A stretch of DNA of 64,000 bases from Selaginella moellendorffii (lineage: Eukaryota; Plantae; Lycopodiophyta): positions 248,001 through 312,000 of the forward strand of contig NW_003314326.1 in assembly GCF_000143415.4 (NCBI RefSeq), given 5' to 3'. Both the position numbers and the translations under genes were made by a program. The notes beneath the pieces are model-generated. The model ran no database searches, had not been told where the DNA came from, and saw only the letters and a list, made by a program, of their open reading frames with translations. This document shows, one piece after another, positions 22,578 through 35,019 of this stretch (positions within the stretch are counted from its first letter, which is position 1; each line of letters opens with the position of its first letter).

Positions 22578-25500
22578 TAAGAGGGTGAAAGCCCAAAGCG
22601 TTCGTCTCCCAGACCCTGGGGGGTTTGGTGAGCTCCAAAAGTATAGTAAGGGGGAGGACTACAATAGAGCCAGTTTGGCCAGGAAAGGCCAGTTTGGCCC
22701 AGAGAGGCTGCACCTAGTGTTGGGTGATGAGCTGACCATTGGGAAGTCCAAGACTAAAGTAAACACGGACCGACAAACGGGGTAGCTTGGTGAAGTGTTC
22801 AAGAGCCGGCTTTAGTTCCCTCGGGAGATCGTCTGGCTGATGCTCCCAGTCCAAGTGTGGGTGGCACTACCTACTTGGATACATGGTGTGGCTCAATGGA
22901 ACCTTGCTCTAAGCCCATGGCTAGAGCACCTAAAGGAAAAAGGCAGGGAGAGTACCCACGAGGCTCGCGTAGGGCCACGGTGTTCCGAAATGTCATCCCA
23001 AATTCCCAGACTGTGGAAAGGAAGAGGAGTAGTCCTCTGGTGTGGTGACCAAGGACACAGTCATATAGGGAGGAAGTCCTAAAGGACAATGGGACTTAGT
23101 GGTCGGGCCCGTGGGCCTTGATCCAATGGCAGTGTTGGCGAACACGGCCAAGGACGAAAAGGGACTTAGTGGGGACTAGAACGGAGATATTGGGGAAGGC
23201 TAATCCCCATGTCAGTAGGCATCCTAAGGATGCTAAGGAGTGGATTTGGGATGATCACTCGTGGATGGATGGCTCAGTCTTTGAGTGATGGGACTAGGAT
23301 GCAGGTGGTGTCAAACCATCGTTGTGACCAAGGTGAATGGGCATGGCCTTAGCGTAACAGGCTGATATGTTGGTGGTACCTTGGGGTGTCGGTCATGGGA
23401 TCGGACACGTGGAGCACTTGGACCAAGTGCATGAAGTTGAGTGGCGGGGATGCCATTCTCGGGGCTAGTAAACCCAAGTCCAAAATAGGACTTACGGAGG
23501 TTGTGAGTGAGACTCCTCCAAGTGGTCGGAGGTGCGGTTAAGTGACTAAAGTAAAATGGAAAATTTAGTCGCTTACAACTTGGTATCGGAGTTGTTCCTT
23601 AGTCCGACTCTTATTGGTGGCCAAGTATATCACTGCTTGTATTGGAATCGGAAGGTCCTAGATATGGACCTATCCTCGAGGAGTAGCGTGTCGAAAGGAC
23701 ATGGTTCTCCACTCAAGTTCATGCATGAACTTGTGCACGATATGGTGGATGGAAAAGGGCCAGTAAGGGAACGACTTTGGGATCTTGGGAATAGTATAAG
23801 GGTTTCCTTAGAGAGCTGAGGATGTGATCCAGATGAGCGTTTGACGCAGCAAACGAGCTAATGTAGTTGTGGTAAACAACTATAGTTGGGATCATGGGAA
23901 AGATGCAAACTCCAAAACAATAAAGGAGTCACAAGATTACCCTTATATGGTCGAGGCTGGTACTTATAAATTTGAGACTAGAATTGTTGACCATGGGAGG
24001 TCAAATACAGAAGAGGACACCAGTCCTTGAAATGGTAGCTGGGGCTACCTCTAATAAATGCTGGAACAACCCAAGGAGTTGGGGGTGTACTTAAAGATGA
24101 GTTGTTATTCTCATCACATGGACAAGTAGTCCTAAGGGGCAAAAGTTAGCCCCAAGAAAATCATCAGGTGTCAGAGTAACACTTGCAAAGATTGTCCTTG
24201 TGAGTAGGACATGAGTACAAGAAGTTGTATTCTAGTGAGTTAGCACCTCTAAGATTGAGACCTCGTAGGTTGTTGGATTAGCAAAGTCCAAAATGCTGGA
24301 TGACTCAAGCGGAGTTAGGGAATGGTCCTAAGGGATTGGTTGGAGCATTTGGACCGAGGTGTATGGTGCCCCATGAGTTATGGGGAGGATTATAAGATCC
24401 AAGTATGCGAACAGTAGGTATCTCATTGATGGCAGAATGTGCCATACTAAAGTTGTGGGAAAGATGTTCCCAGAAGAAAGCAACTTTGGCCCAGAGTTGG
24501 GTGCAAACACTATGGTGCGGTGCTAATGGATAGTTAGCATGAGGAACAAGTATATTGGTCTTGGCAAAGACCTAGACACTAATAAGTAGTGTCATAAGGG
24601 TAGGCTCGTGGGGCCGATGGTGTGGAGACACCAAATGTGCTAAGGTGTGATACCTAGAGGTTATGATGGTGGGTTCATAAGAACCCCTTGCCAAAGGAAT
24701 CCCAACGGAAGCGGGAATGGCATGGCCTAAGTTGGAAGGCATGCGGTTGGAGTGTGGTGACCCAGATAATGATGGAGGTGTGGAAACACCAAGCAATGAG
24801 TTGTAGGACTTGATAACTATGGGGCAACTAAACAAGAGGTGCAAGATAATTGGTTAAATGGGTAGAAGGTAGCTACCCAAGAGTTCTTAATGGCATAAGG
24901 AAGTTAGATATACCCTTACGAGGGATAAATTGTTTATGTTGCGATATAGTAAGTCAATGTCGTAAACGGGAATGCTCATTGTCAGGAGGCTATCATTGGG
25001 ACACCCAAACACTCTAGAACACCAGGAGGTGGTGTTTCGTGTCGCAAAGGCAATAGATAAGGCCCAAGGGACTAAGTCCCTAGTGAATGATGGATAGTAG
25101 GGCCTATCCAAATGTTCAAGGTTGCGGAGACAGGAGAAGACTGTCTACCCGAATTGGACAAAGCCAAAAATGGAATTTTGGCAAGGCTAGTGATGGGCTT
25201 GTAAAAGCCCATAAGCAGCAACATTAATCCCGATGTGTGGGATTATAAGGTGAGCATGCCCAAAATTGAGGAACCACTCCCTAGGCTATCGGGTAGGTTC
25301 ATCCCTAAGAATACTTGCTAAGGCATAGTAAAATGTGCAAAGCTATCCTCCTAGTCTGGAGGAGAATAACCAAAGGAAACTTATGGGGCCAAAAGACAAG
25401 TAGTATTGGGATGGAACTGAACCATAGAAATCGAAGGGCATATCCAACGGTGGTTATGCAAGTTGGGAGTGGAGAATCAAGAGGGTGCTCGAGGATGTTG

Positions 25501-27869
25501 TTGCTAGCAACTGTGATGCCATGGAGAGTCTAAAATATGGAATTGTCCATGTTAGACTATATGACAACTATAAAGCTTGTGGAAAAAAAGGCCTTAGCAA
25601 GCTAAGGGACAGAGTTTTTTCAAGGTTCCCAAAGACGATTCTAGGTAGTTTAGTACCTAGAAAGGCCAAGTGTAAATGGTTCATGGAACGCGCGAAATCA
25701 GAGTGGCGCAGCAGAAGCGTGATCTTGAAGCTTGCCATAAGGCAAGGCTATCAAAGTTAGAGAAGTAGTTCCCGAGTGTTCAAAGAGAGGGCTTTGAACG
25801 AAAGTCGATGGTCAAGGACTTTCACACTTATGCAGGAACCATATTACAGTGGTCGGAGGACTTGCCAAGTGAGATTGGCAAGTCGGGGGAACAAATACCC
25901 TAGTTAAAGGTGATAACTTCAAAAAGGGTGGGCCGTAGGGCCAAATATGGAGGAGTCCATGCATGATCACAGACTTGTCAAGTGAGAGGACTTGGCAGTG
26001 TGGACGAACTAGGTTCCTAAGCTGTGATCTGTAGCGCGCTTTAAATATAAGTTGGTGCACCGGCGTGGGGAGTCACGCCAAGTATCCGGTGTGATGCCGT
26101 CCGTAGATGCATATACAGAGGTTGGGTTCGAGTCCCGACCCTCTAGTGCTTAGGTTCGAGTCCCAAATCACTAGGGCATGGTGATGGTTTGGAATATGAG
26201 GACACTCATTTTTCGGTGGTCATGGACTCTCAGTGAGGAGATTGGTTTGGGCACACCGCTAAGCGAGGGATGCCTCGGAGTCGTGATGCACGGTTAGATT
26301 GCTTAGAGTGAAAGCTCGGCATATCTAACTTGAACACTTTGGTGCAAAGGGCACCAAGGACGTGGTGAATGAGATGGGGACACCCAGTCTCAGTTGCTAT
26401 GGATCCTTGGCCGGAAGGGTTGGCTTGGGCACACCGCTAAGTGTGGTGGATGCCCCTGGGGTCATAGTGAACAACATGGAGGGGTCTAGAAGACTTAGTT
26501 CCTATGGGTAGACCTATTAAGGGGTCAAGATGAGATCACCAGGTGATCTTGTGGTTAATCAAGGACATGGTCTTTGTTTGGGTTAAAGAATATGATTCCT
26601 TATTCAAAGTGTTGATTTGAACTATTGATAATGGTGTGGCTTGGTCAAGGTGACCAAGTGGGAAGAACACCTAAGGGAAATGAGCTATGTTAATGCTGTG
26701 GCATAGTAAATCCGAGGAAGGTAGTCTTTATAAAAGATCCAAGAAAGGATCTCAAAAGTTGGGCCGTGGATAGAGCCCACAACAGAAAATGTTAAAGAGA
26801 CGTACTAGGGGTGAACACCCTCTAGACTTAGCAAAGCAAAGTGTTTGCTATGGAACTGAAAGGAAACCTCAAAAATGGAGGTAGCGATCCTATATTGTTG
26901 GGTGCAACAATCAAGGATAGGAGCAAAAGACTAGTGGCTGAGAAAAGAGCCATGGGAATCTTGGGAAAGAATTCAAATGGCAAAGTTAGGCCGAGAACAC
27001 TAATGTGTTGGGTGCTAACGGATTGTGGGAAAGGCAAAATTTCCCTAAAGGTGGATTCCCAACCGCTCCAATTTGGCGAAGTGGATGCTCCAAAGGGGGG
27101 AGCGGTAAGGTAGCCAAATAATAGGGCTGTGTGCAACCCTAGCACCAATTATGATAACTGAAACTTAGTGTCAAAGGTGGCACAATATCGGAGAAAGGAT
27201 GATGGTATCCTCAAATAAAGAACTTTCTAGGATAGGGAAGTGGAGTTGCACCATGTGCAACGTAAGGTGTCAGAGACACCTAGGAAATTGACTCTGAGAA
27301 GTCAAAATTAAAAGTTCCAAAGTGCAAGGTTATGTCAATAGAATCTGAGACTACTCGAGAATAAGTAGTGGAATTAAGTTAGAGAGGGAGTCTCTAACAG
27401 GTTTAGCGAGAACTGAACCAATAAAAGGGAGCAAACCACCCTAGGTGGTCGAATGAGTCTTTATATTGGAGAGACTGTGCTCCTTAGAGGATGGACAAGG
27501 CATGGTGCGCCTTTGGTGTCAAACCATAGACAAATATTGGCTGGGTGCCAAGGATGGAACTGGTAATACATGTGGGTGTTACTTTATAAAAAGGGTTTAC
27601 CATTCGATGAGGACATCAAACTTCGTCTATGGGTGGTGGAGTTGTGAGACACAAAATCCCTAGGCCCCAAAGTGGAGCCGAAAGGGTGCCACGTGGTAAT
27701 GGCCGAAGCAAAAGCCAAACGAGCGTAACACGTTTGGACTAAAAGGCTCCGACTTGAGAGCGGGAGTGGAACTCCCAACGGAGTGCTCAAAGAACGAGCA
27801 TGAAGCGAGCAATAAGCGAGGCTCCAAAAAGGGGACCCAAAAGGACCAACATATGACACGTGGAAGTGT

Positions 27870-28153
27870 CCGAGATGGACCCGAAGTGGAGTCCGAGATA
27901 GACCCGAAGTGGAGTCCGAGGTGGAGTCCGAGATGGAGTCCGAGATGGAGTCCGAAATGGAGTCCGAGGTGGACCGAGACGGAGTCCGAGATGGAGTCCG
28001 AGGTGGACCGAGACGGAGTCCGAGGTCGAGACCGAGACCGAGACCGAGATCGGGACCGAGACCGAGACCGAGGCCGAGGCCGAGGCCAAGTCCGGGTCCG
28101 AGTCCGAGTCCGAGTCCAAGTCCAAGTCCGAGTCCGAGTCCAAGTCCGAGTCT
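27870..28153 (+). repeat. Same tandem array inside the 3' LTR, only ~285 bp
   Basis: Direct reading. Confidence 0.95.
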
Positions 28154-29976
28154 GAGAGGGTGAAAGCCCAAAGCATTCATCTCCCAGACCCTGGGGGGTT
28201 TGGTGAGCTCCAAAAGTATAGTAAAGGGGAGGACTGCAGTGGAGCCAGTTTGGCCAGGAAAGGCCAGTTTGGCCCAGAGAGGCTGCACCCAGTGTTGGGT
28301 GGTGAGCTGACCACTGGGAAGTCCAAGACTAGAGTGAACATGGACCGACAAGCGGGGTAGCTTGGTGAAGTGTTCAAGAGCCAGCTCTAGTTCCCCCAAG
28401 AGATCATCTGGCCGATGCTCCCAGTCCAAGTGTGGGTGGCACTACCTACTTGGATACCTGGTGTGGCTCAATGGAACATCGCTCTAAGCCCATGGCTAGA
28501 GCACCTAAAGGTGAAAGGCAGGGAGAGTACCCACGAGGCTCGCGTAGGGCCACGGTGTTCCGAAATGTCGTCCCAAATTCCCAGACTGTGGAAAGGAAGA
28601 GGAGTAGTCCTCTGGTGTGGTGACCAAGGACACAGCCATATAGGGAGGAAGTCCTAAAGGACAATGGGACTTAGTGGTCGGGCCCGTGGGCCTTGATCCA
28701 GTGGCAGTGTTGGCGAACACGGCCAAGGACGAAAAGGGACTTAGTGGGGACTGGAACGGAGATATTGGGGAAGGCTAATCCCCATGTCGGTAGGCATCCT
28801 AAGGATGCTAAGGAGTGGATCTGGGATGATCACTCGTGGATGGATGGCTCAGTCTTTGAGTGATGGGACTAGGATGCAGGTGGTGTCAAACCATCGTTGT
28901 GACCAAGGTGAATGGGCATGGCCTTAGCATAACAGGCTGATATGTTGGTGGTACCTTGGGGTGTCAGTTATGGGATCGGACACGTGGAGCACTTGGACCA
29001 AGTGCATGAAGTTGAGTGGCGGGGATGCCATTCTCGGGGCTAGTAAGCCCAAGTCCAAAATAGGACTTACGGAGGTTGTGAGTGAGACTCCTCCAAGTGG
29101 TCAGAGGTGCGGTTAAGTGACTAAAGTAAAATGGAAAATTTAGTCGCTTACAGGCACCAATAGCATAGCCAAATGCATCATAATGCACTTTAAAGGGTTT
29201 ATCAAGATTTGGGATCCTGAGAACGGGAACCATAGTCAAGATCTCTTTCGATTGTACAAAAGCACGTTGACAAGCTAGTGTCCAATGAAACGGTATGCTA
29301 CTCTTTGTTAACTCAGTCAACGGAAGAGCAATTCTTGCAAAATTGTAGACAAACTTGCAATAGTATCCTACTAAACCTAGAAAGGAATGAACATCTGATA
29401 TTGTGGTCGGGACTTTTTAAGACTTCACTGCTTCCACCTTCTTTGGATCCACCTCAATTATGCCACCACCAACTATATGTCTGAGAAAGTTTACACATAA
29501 TTGTCCAAAAGCGCATTTACTTTTCTTAGCATACGGTTATTATTAGCACAACTTTTGAAACACTAACTCCAAGTGTTTTAAATAATTCTCCAACATTTCA
29601 CTGAAGACTAGAACATTGTTAATATATAGGATAACAAATATGTTCAAATAATCTTTGAATATTCTATCCATTATAGTGCTGAATATTACTAAAGCATTGC
29701 ATAACCCAAATGGCATGACAAGGAACTCATAAGATTCGTACCGAGTCTTAAAGGATGTTTTCTTCACATCTTGGTCTACCACCTATATCTGATGATACTC
29801 GGACCTCAAATCAAGTCAAGTAAAATACTTAGCCTTTAAGAGTTGGTTAAACAAGTCATCAATGTGAGGCAAAGGATAACTATTTTTGACTGTGATCTTG
29901 TTGAGTGCCTGATAGTCAATACACATCCTCATAGTTCCATCCTTTTTCATAACAAAAAGGACCTGCACTCTATAAG

Positions 29977-30649
29977 TGTAGCGCATGTAATCATGGGATG
30001 AGATTTGAATATACTGTCACCATGGATCCTTGGAACATTGGGAGATAAATGGGGATAAAATAATCACTAAGGGCTCTCTCATCAAGCAATTACCCCTTTT
30101 TTAGTTGGCTTAAGGGGAGAGAAATAGGGCGTGCTATAATTGGTATCAGAGCAAATGGCACATGTTCGATTCCCATTGATTAGTGGCTACTTAAAAATAT
30201 AATATATCTTTGAGCAAGATATATTCCTACCTCTAAATTTGAAATCGTACATATTGGGCATCCATGCATACGTCCTTCCTCTTGTGTGGAGTATCTACGG
30301 ACGAAAGTATCTACCATGGGACTATGGTACGGGTGGATAATTAGTTGCCTCACATGGAATAGTTGATCTACACAATGGAAGGATTGGTAGATTCAGTGCG
30401 GAAATGGAGGTGTTAGTTCCCCTTGGCTCAATAAGGGTTGTTAGTCAATACTTAATAAGGACATTGACATCTCTGAAAGGGGGTGAGTGTAGTGCATGTG
30501 ATCATGGGATGAGATTTGGATATACTGTCACTGTGGATCCTTGGAACCTTGGGAGATAAATGGGGATAAAATAGCCACTAAGGGCTCTCTCATCAAGCAA
30601 TTGCCCCATTTCCAGTCGGCTTAAGGGGAGAGAGATAGGGTGTGTTACA
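29977..30649 (+). mobile_element. TRIM (terminal-repeat retrotransposon in miniature), 162 bp LTRs; TSD ATAAG
   Basis: LTRs 29977-30138 and 30488-30649, perfect iMet PBS TGGTATCAGAGC at 30141-30152, PPT just before 30488, ATAAG on both flanks. Inserted in the chromovirus RT. Confidence 0.93.
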
Positions 30650-33250
30650 ATAAGGTGACTTGCTTGGTCGGATATAACCTTTGTCAAGAAGCTTCGTGAG
30701 TTGCTTCTTGAGTTTAGCCATCTCCTTGATGTTCAAATGATATGGAGCTTTTGTAGGTGGTTTAGAACCTGGAATAACCTCAATATAATGATCAACCTCA
30801 CAGCTAGGAAGTAGCTTTGGTGGCAAATCCTTTGGGAAGATATCCTAATTCCTCGCCAATAACTCCAATATCGTCTTTGGTATAGGATCAACCCCATTGC
30901 CGATTCGAACTAAGTCACCAACACCCTCAGTTTCCATCACTTGAACCCAAAAGGTCTGACATCCCTTCTTAGCTACTTTTTGAGTAACTCTTGTAGTTAG
31001 GAACTTAATATCCAAATTCTTTGAGGAGCACTTTTGCAACTAGAAGGACATATTGGGATATCCTTTTGACTTCAATGTGATACAACTTTGTCTAGCGCCA
31101 TAAATCCCTTTAATATATTTGTTGAAGAAATCCATACCAAACACTATCTGAAAATCTGGTATCTTCAACACTACCAAGTCTGCTCTTTCTTTCCACTTGG
31201 ATATTTTTATTGAAACATCACTCATAAATTTTCTGGCTACTTGCCCACCTTTCGCAAATTGGAAGTGTATGGGCAACATTTGCTCAGCATTCAATCTTAA
31301 CAACTTAACTAAATCTTCAGATATCACGTTGTGCGTAGCTCCTATGTCAATCATCATTCGGATTCGGTGTCTGTGGACAAAGCCTACTAAATACATCAAC
31401 AGATCAATGTTTGCATTGACTGCAAGGAAAGCTTGAGAAAAGCAACAACAGTAACTCACCTCCTCATCCTCATAGTTTGCATTGACCAACTCGTCACCAC
31501 CACCGTCTTCCCTTATGACATTAACATGAAACCTTGTGTTATGCTTGTTGGGACATTCCGAGGACCTATGTCCTGACTCTCCATAATGGAAGCAATGAAC
31601 CACACTACCCGTTCCACTAGGAGCAAGTTTCACACATTGTTGCTATTTATACCCACCAAAAGGAGGAACAAAGGGCTAGGACCAGAAGAAGCTGCTGGTG
31701 GTCTCCAACCACCACATTTGTTAACTATTGCTTGTGGGCCTCCAGGGCGAAACCTTCCTTCCACCTTATGTTTCTAATCACCTTGTTTATTCCCAAAATT
31801 CTTATTCTTGTCCGAGGTACCAGTATACGGTTGTTGATATTATTCTATGAGCGAGTGACTAAAGGCAACTTGCTGCGCTGCCTCCTTACACTCTAGATAT
31901 GTCTTCAGCTTAAATTTCAAAATCTCATTGCAAGAAAGTGAATTTAAACATTAAAGGAAATAACTTCAAGCATTTTCATCACTCATATTTGCAATCATAA
32001 TGCGTTTTTAAGCAAACACATTAACATAATGCATGAGGTCCCCTCACTGCTTTAACCACCACAATTCCGTGTGAAATCTCAAACCAAGATCATCCGGCAA
32101 GTATTCCTTACGGATACAAGACCATATCTTGGTCCAACTTTTAGTTTGCCCTTTTTCAACACACACCTGGTGCCACCAAGTTTTGGCATGATTAGTGAGA
32201 AAGGATTGCACATATGCAACTTTTGTATGATCATCTATGTCTGCTGCTATGAAATAGTTTTCCATATCGTAGACCCAATCTTCCAAAACTTGATAGTCCC
32301 ACATGCCTATGAAATTGGGTGGTTTTGGAGGTTTGAACTTTGAAACTCGTGCAACCGAAGGTGGTTACAAAACTTCATTGTCCTCAGAACTTGAAAAGGA
32401 GTTTGGTTGCTTAAGTTTAGCTAGTTTAGCTGCCTTAGCTTCTTTCTTCTTCTTCTTGTTCTCCTTCTTCAATTTCTGAACTTCCCTTCGCAAATTCTCG
32501 ATCTCAATTTCCTGAGCCGTACGTTGTAGTGCTGTAGCATCTAGCTCTTCCTCATCTGACTCAGCCTTAGCCTCTTCTGCAACATCTCTAGTAGGAGTTT
32601 CCTCCTCTTAATTCACCCATCTAGAGGTTTCAGCATCATCAGCAAAGTTCTTTTTCACCATCCTGCTAACTGCATACCTTTATTAGTAACTGAATATGCA
32701 TACAACATTCTTACTGAATGGTGCAATCCAACGAATCCTACACAGGTCACTTTGGATCTACTAGAAAAGTCTCTGCATATGCAACTTGAATAAGAAAATC
32801 CGACAAAAGTTGGATAGGAATCGCTGAGACAATTCCTTTAATACCAAATGTAGCACATATGAATTTGAAGTCGAACTCCAAGCCTATTGTGCTACAAAAT
32901 GAGGGTCCGGTACAATCCCATGAGCACTAGCTCCCCATATCCAACACCTACACGCAAAATGGTGTTAAATGAAGTCTAGCACAATTTTGGCATACCGGTA
33001 GCCTAACACGAGGAGAAGGGTACCCCACTGACTAGAACAGCATGGAGTTTGGGCTTAGACCCAAGCCGGACGTAAAACAAAGAGCGACACAACCCAGCGG
33101 GAGCTAAATTAATATCTTAAATGGTCAAACATGCATTCAAACCACTATCTCTACTATACATTTGGAACCCCCATATCCCCCCCCCCCCAACCTTGAGGAA
33201 CACACGCTTTGGGATTTCACCCCAAGCATCCCTTAGTACCAAGAGTTAGT

Positions 33251-35019
33251 TGTAAGTGACTAATTTTTTCATTCTAATTTAATCACTTAACCATACTTCC
33301 AACCACTTTAAGGAGTCTCATTCACAATCTCCATAAGTCCAATTCAAGATTTGGGGCTTGCTTGCCCTGAGATTGGCATCCATGCCACTCAACCTTTACA
33401 CTTGGTCCAAGTGCTCCATGTGTCCGATCCCATGATCGACACCACAAAATACCACCAACATATCAGCCCGTTACGTTAAGCCATGCCCATTCACCTTGGT
33501 CACATCGGTGGTTCAACACCACTTGCATTGCAATACCGTCTCTCAAAAACTGGGCCATCCGTCCATGAGTGGTCATCCCATATCCATTCCTTAGCATCCC
33601 TAGGATGCCCACAGACATGGGGAATAGCCTTCCCCAATATCTCCTTTCCAGTCCTCACCAAGTCCCTTTTTTTCCATGGCCGTGCTTGCCAACACTGCCA
33701 CTGGATCAAGGCCCACAGGCCCGACCACTAAGTCCCATGGTCCTCTGAGACTTCCTCACCGTGTGACTATGTCCTTGGTCACCACACCAAAGGGTTACTC
33801 CTCTTCCTTTCCACAGTCTGGGACTTTGGGATAACATTTTGGAACACCGTGGCCTACATGGGCCTTATGGGTACTCTCCCTGCCTTCCACCTTTGAGTGC
33901 TCTAACCATGGGCCTAGAGTGAGGTTCCGTTGAACCACGATTGGTATCCAAGTAGGTAGTGCCACCCACACTTGGAACCATACCCAGTGTTGGGTGATGA
34001 GCTGACCACTGGGAAGTCCAAGACTAGAGTGAATACAAACCAACAAACGGGGTAGCTTGGTGAAGTGTTCAAGAGCCGACTCTAGTTCCCCTGGGAGATC
34101 GAATGGTCGATGCTCCTAGTCCAAGTGTGGGTGGACTTGGACTGTTTGTATTAGTATTCAGACTCGGACTTGGACTCGGACTCGGTCTCGGTCTCGGTCC
34201 CAGTCTCAAACTCGGACTTGGTCTCAGTCTTGGTCTCGGTCTCAGTCTCGGTCTCGGTCCCAGTTCCATCTTGGACTCCATCTCGGGTCCATCTCTGACT
34301 CCATCTCGGACTCCATCTTGGGTCCATCTCGGGTCCATCTTGGACTCCATCTTGGGTCCATCTCGGACTTCATCTCGGGTCCATCTCGGACTCCACCTCG
34401 GACTCCGTCTCGGGTCCATCTCGGGTCCATCTCGGACTCCATCTCAGACTCCATCTCGGGTCCATCTCGGACTCCATCTTGGGTCCATCTCGGATCCATC
34501 TCGGACTCCATCTTGGGTCCATCTTAGACTCCCTCTCAGACTCCATCTTGGACTCCATCTTGGACGCCATCTCGGATCCATCTCGGGTCCATCTCGGACT
34601 CAATCTCGGGTCCATCTCGAACTCCATCTCGGACTCCATCTTGGGTCCATCTCAGACTCCATCTCAGACTCCATCTTGGACTCCATCTTGGATGCCATCT
34701 CGGATCCATCTCGGGTCCATCTTGGACTCAATCTCGAGTCCATCTTGAACTCCATCTCGAACTCCATCTTAGACTCCATCTCGGGTCCATCTTGGACTTT
34801 ATCTCGGACTCCATCTTGGGTCCATCTCTGACTCCATCTCATTGCTCGCTTCATGCTTGTTCCTCGAGCACTTCGTTGGGAGTTCCACTCTCGCTCTCGA
34901 CCTTTTTAAGTCAGAGCTTTTAGTCCAAACATGTTACGCTCGTTTGGCTTTCGTTTCGGCCACTACCACGTGGCACCCTTTCAGCTCCACTTTGGGGCCT
35001 AGGGATTTTGTGTCTCACA
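33251..35019 (-). mobile_element. Solo LTR of the array-bearing family, with internal inversion and deletion; TSD TTAGT
   Basis: Reverse-complement match to the LTRs of 21715-29152. TTAGT at 33246-33250 and 35020-35024. Array at ~34160-34840. Inserted in the chromovirus 5' LTR. Confidence 0.92.

Larger units (their letters stand above)
21715..29152 (+). mobile_element. Non-autonomous LTR retrotransposon (LARD-like) with tandem-array-containing LTRs; TSD GGCAC
   Basis: 5' LTR 21715-23577 and 3' LTR 27643-29152 (TG...CA; the 5' LTR begins TA). PBS TGGTATCGGAG at 23581, purine-rich tract at 27631-27641, GGCAC at 21710-21714 and 29153-29157. The ~4 kb interior has no recognisable gag/pol. It interrupts the chromovirus RNase H. 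Confidence 0.93.

Noticed and set aside
21811-22785. Long ORFs in several frames with RP/SP/GL/ET/SV/RD dipeptide runs (also 27584-28429, 34069-34854 and 53462-54505)
   Set aside because: They arise because the LTR tandem array lacks stop codons. The frame changes between copies and the longest ones start at non-ATG codons. Repeat-associated translation cannot be excluded but has no support here.
26060-26175. tRNA gene
   Set aside because: Only T-arm-like hairpins are present. I could not build an acceptor stem, D-arm and anticodon arm.
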